Assembly (NCBI GenBank): GCA_964016885.1
Contig: OZ024741.1
Location: 73,842,001-73,906,000 of the forward strand
Direction of reading: 5' to 3'
Length of the DNA stretch: 64,000 nt
Source of the DNA: Eledone cirrhosa
Lineage: Eukaryota
The position numbers and the translations under genes are program-made. The notes beneath the pieces were generated by a model. It was not told the origin of the DNA. It saw only the letters and a list, made by a program, of their open reading frames with translations, and did not search any database. Position 1 is the first letter of the stretch, and the number at the start of each line of letters is the position of its first letter. Shown piece after piece: positions 32,155 through 44,329 of the stretch.

Positions 32155-32260
32155 GCTCCGATGAACTGACTAGTTATAATTTTGTATTGGCGATCGAGTA
32201 ACGCGAAAACAAGCGGATAGCGATCTCTAGACCTACCAGTTCAGAGAAACAATTGTCACC
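32155..32260 (+). ncRNA. Hammerhead-like motif with CCGAUGA core and long stem II
   Basis: CCGAUGA-A-CUGA...UCAG-A-GAAA-CAAUUG-UC; stem I imperfect. Confidence 0.5.
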
Positions 32261-32669
32261 AATGAGATTAAAAACCTTTTTTGTATAGCAAACCGTGTCA
32301 ATCCTCTTTCCTGATTTATTATATATATATATATATATATACATACACGTGGAATAAAGCGTATGTTAAAAGATTTAGGATAAATTAGCGTAGATATAAA
32401 CTATAGTTTTAGTTAGGTCATAATAGTCTCTAAACCGAAATCTCTGAAGGATGTTTTGATATTTTTCTAAAAGGTGTGTTGCTATCCTCTCGCTATAGAA
32501 CGGTTTAACACAACTACCTGGCCCTTAGTTGCCTTTAGCGGAGTTCACACTGTTGCAGACACTTGATTTGAGGACACCTTTCTCCTTTTCTCCGTTCCTC
32601 TCACCAACCTCCAATGATATTTAGCTGCTACTTCTAGCAGATCAAGTAACAGCCTAGAATCTCTCCACC

Positions 32670-32780
32670 TTTTTCCTTGTTGTAAATGCATGTTGAGACG
32701 TCGATAGATTGTGGTCGACAACAGTCCAATATAACTGTTAGAGTGATGAAGCTTACAACTTTCATGTTTGCAGACACATT
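32670..32780 (-). pseudogene. Small GIY-YIG (PLE) remnant
   Basis: CKHESCKLHHSNSYIGLLSTTIYRRLNMHLQQG. Confidence 0.55.
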
Positions 32781-33185
32781 TGTTGTTGTTGTTTAACCTC
32801 TGGCCAGCCTTTTCGAGCAAGATCTTATTAAAGATGTTCCAGGTATGACCATCCAGTCGATTTGTATATGAAGAAGTACATTGTCAAATGTGTCATTAAT
32901 ATTTTTTAGCATGATAGAATGTGATTTATGGAAAATTTAGCTGATATATCTAGCAGATCAATTAACTTATGGTCAACGGGGTTTAGTGTTTTGTATGATT
33001 TCATTTGTTGTTGTTTAGCCTGCATCAAGGTGACCTAGGTCAAAAGATTCTATGTGAAAGACATTCCAGCTGTGAATATTTCATCACTTTCTGCGGTGCT
33101 TGTGGGAGTGTGTGTTGGGGGACTATACCGCGGGCTACATTATTCAATGTACCTTTTTCTTAAGATGCTAGTGAGTAGTCTAAGG

Positions 33186-33528
33186 CTTGAGTAGGCTAAC
33201 TTTTGGGATCAGGGGACACATTGACTGGGTCATGAACACCAGAGGGCCGTATCATTTATTATTTTCTTCAGTTAGAATTTAGAAAATATAAAATATAAAC
33301 TGCATCATTATAATAGATAAATTAATAAAATGATTAAATACAAAAATCATAAAACAAAGTGTTCTTCTAATTTGTGTCTGTACATTACAAAACATACCAG
33401 AACAAAAACCTAAATAGATCTAGTCTCGGCTTAAGTATTATATACGAAAATTTGTTTTTTATTAATTCGCCGAATGCTTCCACGGGCCGTACAAAACTCT
33501 TTGGTGGGCCGTAATTTACCCATCCCTG
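33186..33528. mobile_element. Old hAT-type MITE
   Basis: 8-bp direct repeat GTCTAAGG at 33178-33185 and 33529-33536; right end ...tttacccatccctg with gggccg subterminal motifs; left TIR degenerate. Confidence 0.5.
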
Positions 33529-33829
33529 GTCTAAGGGATATTCCACTGTTGTTTCTAGCATATCAAGCTACCGTAGAGAGAATCCATTACTTAGTATGAG
33601 CTACTTCCATGTACAAGAGCTCTATATAATCGTATGATGCCTGCGTTGTGTATTATGTAAATGATAGTTCATCAAATCTTATTAGTTTATAAAATTATAT
33701 AAATAAATCAGTTACACACACATGTACACCAGGTCCGAACACAGAGGAACGAAACTCCCACTGTCACCGCCTCCGTCTCCCGCTCTCCCTATTTTTCTTG
33801 TTTATGATAATGGCTAAGGGTTCACTATC

Positions 33830-34112
33830 AGTAAGCATCGGGTTCATAACATTTTGGCCAAGTGTCATTTACCATTGCTTCGAGCCTATCGATGCCTTGT
33901 AAGTGAAATTGGGTAGACGCAAACTGTTTTGAAAGCCGTCTGATGTACTGTACTTGAAATTCAAAGAGTCAGCCATGTCACACACTGTGTCTCGTTAAAA
34001 CACACTGAAACGCATTAACGGTACGTCTGTCTGTGGAATCTCTGCCAATTAAACGTTGATTTCATGAGCAAGCTGTTCGGTTGATTGAACAACTGGAACA
34101 CTCATCTTCGAA
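33830..34112 (+). mobile_element. Third interspersed SINE-like family (fragments also at 13680-13790, 49210-49320 and 50920-51115 minus)
   Basis: Shared block gtctgtggaat.ct.agccacttgcacgttaatttcacgagcaggctgttc. Confidence 0.55.
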
Positions 34113-34231
34113 ACCCATGTGTGTTATATGTGTGTATGCATGTATATGAGTGTGTTATATATAAGTTTGTTTGTTGTATGTGTCGTGTATGCAAGTATGC
34201 AACGTATATGGTGTGTATATGTATGTGTTCG

Positions 34232-34322
<91 letters not shown>

Positions 34323-34425
34323 TCAGGTTATCAATAATGTAGTGATAATATATCGTTACGTTAGAGATGAACAGCGTACGTGCAGGTTTGCTCAACGAGT
34401 ATAGATTATATTCCGGAGAAAATGT

Positions 34426-34712
<287 letters not shown>

Positions 34713-34893
34713 CGAAAGAAATGCTTTCCTCCAGTGGTTTCCGTTATGGACACGACCATCAAATGAGATATGCGATCTCGCAGGGAAGACAATTAAAAAA
34801 TTTCCCTTATGGAAGGATTTACGGCGCCAATTGTATGAAGGAGAACATTTTTTAGGGTCATCTGTTATCAGTAAGTAACTAGCGGTCATTATA

Positions 34894-35071
34894 GGTGGAT
34901 TGGCAGTATCGGTAGAGGGTCGGACGCCATGCTTTGCAGCATAGAGTTACGGCCATTTATGGTCTGAGTTATCCCGCCGAGGTTAACTTTGCCTTTCATC
35001 CTTACGGGGTCGATAAAATAAAGTACCAGTAATACACTGAGATAATTGCTGTGCCTAAAGTAGAAACAATT
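34894..35071 (+). mobile_element. SINE S1, near full length
   Basis: A box TGGCAGTATCGG plus S1 body. Confidence 0.85.
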
Positions 35072-35438
35072 ATAAATACGTTGTTGTGTGGACCTATCAT
35101 CATCCAGTTCCCTGCTACTTTGTCTGTAAACACCGCCTCCCATATAAGTTTACTACTACCTCTGCTGGCTACATACTGTCTGACTTCAACTTGTCACATA
35201 TGTTTTCGCCTATATTGGTTTCCAGCGTTGTCTTGATACGACCCAAGTCAAAAACAGTTGAGTGTCGACAGATTACCCGCTCCTGCTTTTGCTGGAATCT
35301 ACCTGATGGCGCTGGTCATCAGCTTCCAAAATTCATAGCTCAAGACTTTCAAATGTTTATTCGTAAACATACCGTATATCACTAGATATACAAATACACA
35401 CACACACACACACACAACACACATGCTTGTATGTATGC

Positions 35439-35499
<61 letters not shown>

Positions 35500-35503
<4 letters not shown>

Positions 35504-37270
35504 GGAAAAATTTGAACAGGGACAAAACAGAGAGGCAGTACAATAAATGTTTATTAATTTCACGCTCAGGAGAGTGGGGGGTAGGTGGGGGACGACGTTT
35601 CGGGCATAAGCCCTTCCTCAGGTGAGAAGTGTGTGGGAACAGAGTTCAAAAGGTGTGTAGGGGAGTGGTGGAGAGACATATAGCGAAAGGAAACGGTGCG
35701 AATGAAAAAAAACAAATAAAGATAAAAAATAAAAATAAAGCATGATCAAAATACAAGGAATGAGAAAATTTAAAAATAAAGGCATGATCAAAATAAACTG
35801 AAATTAAAAGGGGGGTAAACAGGTGGTGGAAGGGTGTGGGGTGAGTAGGGGTGGTGGCGGGTGGAGTGGGGAGAGGGAGACGGGGTGTCCGAGCGGGGAG
35901 GGCTGAAGGTGGTGTGTGTGTGTAGGTGTGCGTGTGTGTGTGTGTGTGTATGTGAAAGTAAGAGTTGGGGGAATAACGGGGTTGCATGTTCAGGAAGAGG
36001 TGTGTGTGGGGGGTGTTTTTGTGGGCTGGAGTGTCTGTGCGTGTGTGGATAGGGGGTGGGGGAGAGGAATCAGGAGGCTGAGGGTGTAAATATGTGGTGG
36101 GAAGCACGTGTGTGTGGGGTTTAAGCGTGTTGTGGGTGTGGGTGGCGTGTGGAGAAAAAAAATGTTTGGGGGTGTGTGTGTGGGTGAGTTATATAGGTGA
36201 TTACGTAAGAGGATGGTTGAAAAGTTGGTAAGTTCCAAGGATGTTTAGTGGATTGGTTGTAAGTCAAATTCTGCGTGTGGGTAATCCATGAAGCGGTGGT
36301 CGGAAGAGGAGAGATGTGGGGTGCGCGCGCAACAGGAAGTGGTCAGCAATGGGAGTGCTGTGGTCTGTTAGTGCTGGGAGGTGGTCAGATGGCATAGCAG
36401 CAGTCGGTGGAATGGTAAGGGGGAGAGGATGGGTAGGTGTGAAAGTTGGAGTGAGGAGTGTGTGTGTGTGTGTGTGTGTATTAGTAGCGGTGTTAGTGGG
36501 ATGAGTGAGTGTGGAGAGAGGGTGTGGGTGGAGCGGGGAGAGAGAAGGGTGTGTGTGGTTCTATGGAGGGAGTGTGGTGTACTGGTGTGTGTGTAGTTTG
36601 ATGAAGAGGTGTTAGTGAGTGTTAGTATACGGGAGGTGGGTGGGGGTTGAATGCAGGTGTGAGTGGGGGTTAGTGGTGGTAGGGTGTGTAGAGTTGGTGG
36701 TGTACGAGGGTGTGTGGGTACGTGTGCGTGGGGTTGGGAGGTGTTAGTGATGTTAGTTGCGTGTGGGGTGGGTGGTGTAAGTGGGTGCGTGTGTTCGTGT
36801 GCTTGGGGTTAGGGGGTGTTAGTGAGGTTAGTTGCGGGGTGGTGGGATGGAGGTGTGGGGGTGAGAGGTGTGGGGTGAGGGTTAGTGGTGGTAGTAGGGT
36901 GTGTGTTTAGTGTGAGCGCGTGTATATATGTGCCGGTGGGTGTGTGCGTGTGATAAGGAGGGGGGGTGAGAAGAGGGGAGGGAAGGGGTGTTAGTATGTT
37001 AGTTGGGGAAGGGTGGTCAGATGAGGGGTGGAGTGGAGGTGTTAGTATTGTTAGTGTGGGGTGGGCGGTGAAAAGGAGGGGTGTGTTAGTGGTGTTAGTG
37101 GGGGATAAATGTGGGGAGAGGGGGCGGTCGAACGCTAAAGGAATAAGGGTGGGGAGTTCAGGCCGGGGGGAGTGTGGGTCTGTAAGATGAAGATAGTTCG
37201 TTGTTCGACCGTAAGGCGATGGGCGGGTGTTCCGTGGCACTGGAGTAGGCCACAGACTGTGAGATGGCGT
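35500..37270 (-). mobile_element. Second 5'-truncated PLE2 copy with hammerhead at 35591-35624
   Basis: Reverse complement of about 8153-9702; 3' end abuts (TA)n. Confidence 0.88.
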
Positions 37271-37494
37271 TATAACTTTATCATATATATATATGATAAA
37301 GTTATATCTGCATAAATACAGAGTGTGTAACCGAGACAGCACCAACGTGTAAGTAAACATGCCAGAAAATACGAATTTCCCTGTTATTTGAAAAAAAAAT
37401 GGATAAATATCTTTAATCAGTTTTCGGATTTTATTGAACCCTTATGAGAAGATCTTTATATCATCCAATCAATCACAAGGAAACATATTTCATG

Positions 37495-37544
<50 letters not shown>

Positions 37545-37554
<10 letters not shown>

Positions 37555-37948
37555 TAAACGGAATAGAAAATGCTGACAAATTGTTCACAGTTGAAAAATG
37601 GTTTAATTAGGAATAAAAGAGTATTAGTGATTGTATGGGTTAGTATTCAGTTGTGGTTTTAAGTTTTTAAGTTTTTACCGGTTGCGCATTTCTAAATGCT
37701 TTTCAAAAATAATTTTGAGATAGAGTGTCCGTGCTGTTTGCTCTGATCAGAGCAAACAGCACGGACACTCTATCTCAAAATTATTTTTGAAAAGCATTTA
37801 GAAATGCGCAACCGGTAAAAACTTAAAAACTTAAAACCACAACTGAATACTAACCCATACAATCACTAATACTCTTTTATTCCTAATTAAACCATTTTTC
37901 AACTGTGAACAATTTGTCAGCATTTTCTATTCCGTTTACCAATATATA
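37545..37948. repeat. Perfect ~400-bp palindrome with no spacer; each arm carries a U3:A8-family hammerhead remnant
   Basis: Centre ctctga|tcagag at 37746/37747; UUGAAAA-GCAUUU ag AAAUGC-GCAA-CCGG-UA at 37784-37820. Confidence 0.9.
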
Positions 37949-37985
37949 ATAACTTGTGTGTTACACCTCTATTCTTTTAACTATA

Positions 37986-38041
<56 letters not shown>

Positions 38042-38048
<7 letters not shown>

Positions 38049-38372
38049 TAACAAATGGAAACTATATTTATAAAACCATATTTATTTTATTATACATATT
38101 TCAAGGGCCACCAAGGCAAATTATGGTGCGCTTTCATCAGATAAAATACAATACAGATTAGTTTTATAAATAAATATTGACATACCCTGAAAAAAGACAG
38201 CCTTAACGGTTGGACCTTCCTGGATAGGGTATGTCAATATTTATTTATAAAACTAATCTGTATTGTATTTTATCTGATGAAAGCGCACCATAATTTGCCT
38301 TGGTGGCTCTTGAAATATGTATAATAAAATAAATATGGTTTTATAAATATAGTTTCCATTTGTTAATATATT
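38042..38372. repeat. Inverted repeat of a hammerhead-bearing pLTR end
   Basis: About 145-bp arms with a short spacer; HHR 38266-38331: UAUUUUAU-CUGAUGA-AAG..CACCA/UGGUG..CUU-GAAA-UAUGUA-UA-AUAAAAUA. Confidence 0.85.
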
Positions 38373-38462
38373 GTATATTTACTCCACTAAATTGTTGAGT
38401 GCTTTAAATCAGTTATTAAAACGTTTAAGCTTGTTGAATCCCAACAAATTAAATATAACCTC

Positions 38463-38525
<63 letters not shown>

Positions 38526-38841
38526 ATTCGATCTTAGTATTATTCTGAAATGGTCATACTAATTTGTATATAATTAGCGTTCTTGTTGGTAATTAATTAA
38601 TATATATATTAAGAGGTGCGTGCATGTGTTTTTATACATATGCATATATGTATACATTTGCATGTATACATATATGTATATGTATTTTATTTTATTTTAT
38701 TTTATTTTTATCATGTAACATTTTATATGTAAATTGCCATGCTATTTCATTTGATGAATGTCACCCCACTGTTGATCAATATGCGCATATGTTTTATGTG
38801 TCTCTTGGGTTGAAAAGGAGGTCAAGTATGTTATAAATAGC

Positions 38842-38888
38842 TGCTCCGAAGAATCCAAACCTCGGTTTGGAGGAAACAATTGTAAGCA
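38842..38888 (+). ncRNA. Hammerhead-like motif with CCGAAGA core
   Basis: UGCU-CCGAAGA-A-UCCAAAC cucg GUUUGGA-G-GAAA-CAAUUG-UA-AGCA. Confidence 0.7.
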
Positions 38889-38952
38889 AATAAATGACTT
38901 AAACTGAACTTTGATTACTGTAATCTCTATATATGTATATGTATGTATGTAT

Positions 38953-41900
38953 GTTCTTCTGGTTTTATAATTTCACAAAGTTTTACCAATAGAGAGAGAG
39001 TCGGTTTCTAACATAGACACAAGACTCTCTCATTGGAATTTACACAACATCAACTAGGTAGATATGTATGTATGTCTGCATGCATGCATGTATAGAAATG
39101 GATGTTATTGTATGTGTGGATGTGTATGTTTTGAGTTGTATGTGTGCATGTGTATATGTTTTGTATATGTACATGTGTATATGCAGTTATTAGATGCAAA
39201 ATTTTTGGAATGTTTTACATATTTTACTGTTCCATTAATGGATTGTACTTGTAATTTCTTAACTAGTTGTGTTCGTTCTGTTCCTGTGAAGCCTAGCTTC
39301 TCAAGATTTGTATTGAGGCAGTTACTAACATATCCCAGTACCCCAATAATCACAGGCATAAATCTGAAGGTGTAATCAGGGTGGAGTATGTGCAGATTTC
39401 TCATCAGTTCTGCATAAATGTTCTCCTTTTCACTAATCTTTGATATTATATTGGCATCTGCTGGGCAGCTAATTTCCACTACTGTGCATGTTTTCTTCTC
39501 CCTGTCCCATATCATAATATCTGGTCTGTTATGCCTGCATTTTATTGGGGTTTTTACTGGAACATTCCACCTGTGCTCTTTCATATTATGTACATGGATG
39601 TCTTCCACATTGTTGTAGCTTTTAATGTGTTTATCATCGGGGCTATCTTTTTTACGAACTGCATTGTACAGTGTTTTGGCCACTACATCATGCCTCATAG
39701 GTAGATAGTACCGCGATGACATCTTTGGGCAGCTGCTGATGACATGGGTGATATCCTCGATGTTAGTTCTGCAGAGTCTGCACTTGTTATCACATCTAGG
39801 TGTTTTGCCTGCATCCCTATCTCTTTTGTGAATCAGGTATTTCGTGCTAATCTCCTGTTCCTGGATTGCAAAAGCGTATCCTTCAAAGTGGGAGCCAATA
39901 TAGCGGTTGTTGGTCCAAGATAGACTACTTTCCTTATCTATATTACTCTCACTCTGGAGCTTCCTGGCAACATATCCATGCATGATTTTTTGCTGATAGG
40001 CATGCAGTTTTTCATCCATGGATTCACTGCGATACTGCTGAGTGACATCCCTGGGTGTGAGTTTTTGATTATCACACAGGGAATATCTCTCAAGGAGTTC
40101 CTTCCCAACTCTCATGATCTTATCTGTTTCATGCAGATAGACTTGCTCGAGAAACAGGCTCCTACGCTTCGAGGTTCGCAGATATTGTCGGAGAGATATG
40201 ATGCGACTTTCAAATGTTGTCTGGACTGATGTTAGGCCTCTGCCTCCCTGCTTACGTTTCAAGTAAAGGCGGTCTATGTCACTGTTGATGTGGAAGTTTC
40301 CGGTGTTGTTCAGTATTTTTCGAGTTCCAACATCAACTGCTCGGATTTCGTCTATCGTCCAATTGAGTATTCCAAACGTTGGTGTTAGGACAGGCACAGC
40401 AAACACATTGTGAGCCACTGTTTTGTTTTGCGCAGAGAGTTCCGATGACCAGATCTTTCTTAATCGGGTGTAGTATTCCCTGGTTACGCGTTCTTTATTA
40501 AAGATACCATTATAGGATATGTTCTCATCTATCCCCAGGTATCTGTAGCAGTCCTCATCAGATATCGGTGAAACAGTTAGGCCATTGATGACAATGTTGC
40601 AAGATTTGGTTGTTGTTTTTCCCCGCTTTACAGTCATGTATGAGCATTTATCTTGGCCAAACTCCATTCCTATATCCTTTGAGAACGTTGTAACCAGGTC
40701 AAGATTTTTCTTCATTCCATCCATGTTCTTGGCATAGAGTTTCAGATCGTCCACAAAGAAATTATGGGTTAGGTACGTATTTCTGTCCTCCTGTGAGCCA
40801 ATGATGTATCGATCACATTTCTTGAGCAGAAAGGACAAGGGGTTTAATGACAAGATGAATAATATCACAGAGAGACTGTCCCCCTAAAATATACCCCTGC
40901 AATATTTTAGTTTATCTGTGAAAATAGAGTCCTCCCTCTCTGTCTTTAACCTTAGGATAGTAGCCCAAGAAGAAGACAGCCTCTCTATGGCTCTGACAAT
41001 AATGTCTGGGACTTTAGCAAGTTGGAGGGCCTCTATCATCCAAGAGTGGGGAACAGAATCGAAAGCTTTCTTGTAGTCCAACCAGACTGTAGTCATATTC
41101 CTTCTAAGTTGTCGCACCTCCGACATCGCAGTTTTGTTGATTAGGAGTTGTTCAGCACATTCCCAAACCCTTTTCTTTCCAGCTGCTTGTTCATCTGTGA
41201 TGATGTTATTATTTTCACAGTGATCTTGGAGGAATAGGTTGAGGCAGGCTGTATACATCTTATACATTAGGTTCTGGCATGCAATGGGTCGGTAGTTTTT
41301 TGCCAAGTGGGTGTCTTTGTTCTTGGGGACCAGTAACGTTTGTGCTAATGTCAACCATTCTGGTATAAGTGTATCTCCCTTAAGAACTTGTTGGTAGAGG
41401 TCAGTAAGATACCCCCGATAGAATATTAGTTTTTTGTACCAGTAGCCGACAATCATGTCTCTTCCTGGTGTTTTCTTATCTTGGAGTTTTCCTATCACAG
41501 TCTCAAGGGTACCCTCACTTATTTCGTATGTTTTTGTTGTAGTGTAGGAGCAATAGTTCTTTCGGATTTCTCTTAGCCACACTGCATCTTGGTTGAAATT
41601 CTTCTTTTCACCCCATATTTTGCTCCAAAAGGAATCTATGTCTTTCTGGGATGAGGCCTCAGTGACACTTATCATTTTGCCCTTCATATCTCTATAGACT
41701 GATGTTTGGTTTCGTCTGAATCTTTTATTAAGCACTTTTCTCTCATCTACCTTCTTCAGGTATCGGCGTTTTTCGCTAACAGCTCTCAAATCTTGTTTGA
41801 GGGTGATCAGCTTATATTGGAGAGTTCTTGTTCTACTGTTACCAAACATCGTCTCTATTTTATTTTTCACTCTTTGTTGGTGAGGAGTGAGGTTTTTTTG

Positions 41901-43064
41901 TGTTTGTTTGCATGTAACGAGCATTGTCACATGTCCTATGTTTTTTCGTAGGTCAGCACTCTTTTTTTTCTATTTTAGTTATATATGATGGTATTTTTGG
42001 TGGTGTTTTGTTCTTGTTAATATCTCTGCTATCACCAAGATAATGCTTCACTGTCATTGCTAAGGCATATAAACAGGCGTTGATTTGCCAAAATGTTGGG
42101 GTTTTTATCCGTCGTAAATATTCATCCCCTATTTCGTCAATAACACGTAATATTTCATTATTTGGTTTTTTATTCACCATTGTCATTTTAACACGTTCAG
42201 CCAGAGAAATATTTATACATGAGTTAATTTCTCTCTGGAAGATTTTGTTGAGGGAAATTTTCAATTGTTTATAGTTTTTGATTATCATTATCGATAGTAT
42301 TTTCCACAACTGTCGAGGTAGACTCAGATAGTATACGTGGTGTCACATTTATTCGATTATTATTATTATTTCTTCGATTATTATTATTATCGATAGTGTT
42401 TTCCCCAGCATTCGAGGTAGACTTAGATGGTACAGGCATAGTTGTTTCAAGGCGCTGTTCGACCTGGCTGCTAGGAAGTCTAGTAGCATGGCGATCTGTA
42501 GCACGTGTTGTTGTTTCCATGTTTGTTGTGGGGGACTTACAATTAATAATATTTATCTTATTTTTACGTTCAACAAACGTCGCTTGTTGGCGTAATTGTT
42601 TCGCTGTGAAATAATTTAGCTCTGGGTGCATTTCGTCCCAGTGTAGCTTCATTCTATTCATATAGCCAATGGAGGGATTGTTTTTTGCCATTTTATAACA
42701 ATTAAATAAATCATTATTAAGTTCGCAACTCCAAGAGAAATGCGATTTATAATTTCGGTTTCCTCTGTAGCTACAACTGAATAAAGTTTGATTACCTTCT
42801 TTGTTATTTGTCTTCAATACTTCCTTAATTTTCTTGTTGATGTTGTGTTCAGCCATGCTGTTTGTAGCAAATCCTTGTAAAATGAATTATGTATTTAGTC
42901 GGATATCTCTACGAATTCGAATAAAAGGCGTCTTCAGAAGGGATAGTTAGAAGAATAACCAGTTATTCAACCTGGCTGTAGTTGTGGCATTACTGTCGGA
43001 GATAGTATTCATCTTAAATTTAATAAATAGTCTCCCACGCCAAAATATGTGACTGATCGCGTTG
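38953..43064 (-). mobile_element. R4/Dong-clade non-LTR retrotransposon, family A copy 1, flanked by (CATA)n
   Basis: Full-length layout shared with 56806-61032; both ends in (CATA)n on the sense strand. Confidence 0.9.
39190..42856 (-). pseudogene. R4/Dong-type single ORF: N-terminal domain, RT, CCHC knuckle, restriction-like endonuclease
   Basis: WSCELNNDLFNCY..GYMNRMKLHWDEMHPE; NYRPIAC; WLDYKKAFDSVPH; GIF*GDSLS (nonsense at 40884); FFVDDLKLY; CRLC...HVISSC; RHD; RPDIMIWD..VVEISCP; frameshifts near 42290, 41950 and 39222. Confidence 0.9.
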
Positions 43065-43124
43065 TATGTATGTATGTATGTATGTATGTATGTTTGTATG
43101 TATGTATGTATGTATGTATGTATG

Positions 43125-43152
<28 letters not shown>

Positions 43153-43155
<3 letters not shown>

Positions 43156-43981
43156 TCTCTTTCTCTTAATTTCGAGTATATTTTTTTTGACCGGCCACCT
43201 TCCTGGTGGCAAGGTTGTAAAAGAAAAGAAATTGTCATCCCTTGAATCGCAAGAATGTTTTGCAAATTTTGAAGGTGCCAGCTATCGCAGCCATTTGTAG
43301 ACTATGAATTAGGGAGCTGTGCTTTTTGTCCGCAAATCCAAGTTAAGTCATACTTTGGTCCAAGCGGGTTGGTATATAACCCGTAGCTCCAATAATGATG
43401 GATATGAAGCTAAAGGTGTATCTTGGATACTGGATTTGTAAACTCCTCATCAATGGTCCGTAGATGTCCTCCTTCTCCTGTATTTTTCTTACAACGTTTA
43501 CACAAGTAGGCAGCTGATCTGCACAACAGAACACGTTTTCAATGTATGGTCCCAAACAACAATATCAGGCCGGTTGTGCTTTAATTTTGTGGCAGTTTTT
43601 ATTTTCAGGTTCCACCAGTATTCCTTGGTGCCATCTGTCTCAATATATTCTTCCTCGTTTGTTATTAATTTTGTTTTCCGAAGTGCGTTCCAGATGGTTC
43701 TAGCTATCCCATCGTGTCTCATGGGGAGGTAGTAGCGAGATGACATTCTTTCGCAGCTGGCAACTATGTGGCTTACATCCTCGATCTTTGTTTTACATAG
43801 CCTACATTTATTGTCAGCTGCTTGCCCTCCTCTTTTGTGCAGCAGATATTTGGTAGGGAGTTCTTGTTCCTGTATTGCATAGAGATATCCCTCAAGGTAT
43901 GATGTCATAAACTTGTCGGAACTCCATGCCAGGCTTTTTGAGTGGTTTATCCCCTCTATGGTCTGTGTTTTACGCCTCAAG
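43153..43981 (-). mobile_element. 5'-truncated R4/Dong family B (endonuclease region and 3' UTR) between (CATA)n tracts
   Basis: AIQEQELPTKY, CRLCKTKIEDVSHIVASC, RHD, RPDIVVWD; 3' end nearly identical to 56167-56406. Confidence 0.85.
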
Positions 43982-44045
43982 TATGTATGTATGTATGTAT
44001 GTATGTATGTATGTATGTATGTATGTATGTATGTATGTATGTATG

Positions 44046-44261
44046 ACCTGCGGCTCAGTAGTTACCGTTGATGTTGAGCTTTTCTTCTTTTCGGGTTATA
44101 GCTACTGTCGCTCAAAGAGTGGGATTGGCTCGGTGCACAGTCTTTCCTCACTTTAAAATAATTCTTCACGCACAGGCATTGCACAATAGAATTAATTAAT
44201 AATTATTAATAATGGTATATCGTGCAATGGCCATACTCGGTAACAAGGGGGCAACCATCAT
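44046..44261 (+). mobile_element. Short RTE-derived non-autonomous element
   Basis: Homologous to 61537-61650 and 61250-61390 (minus); ends ...gcaaccatca followed by a tgta-like tail; preceded by (TGTA)n. Confidence 0.7.
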
Positions 44262-44329
44262 GAATGTATATATACAGGCGTGTATGTGTGTGTGTGTGTA
44301 ATGATTGTGTATGTGTCTTGTTATAGTCT

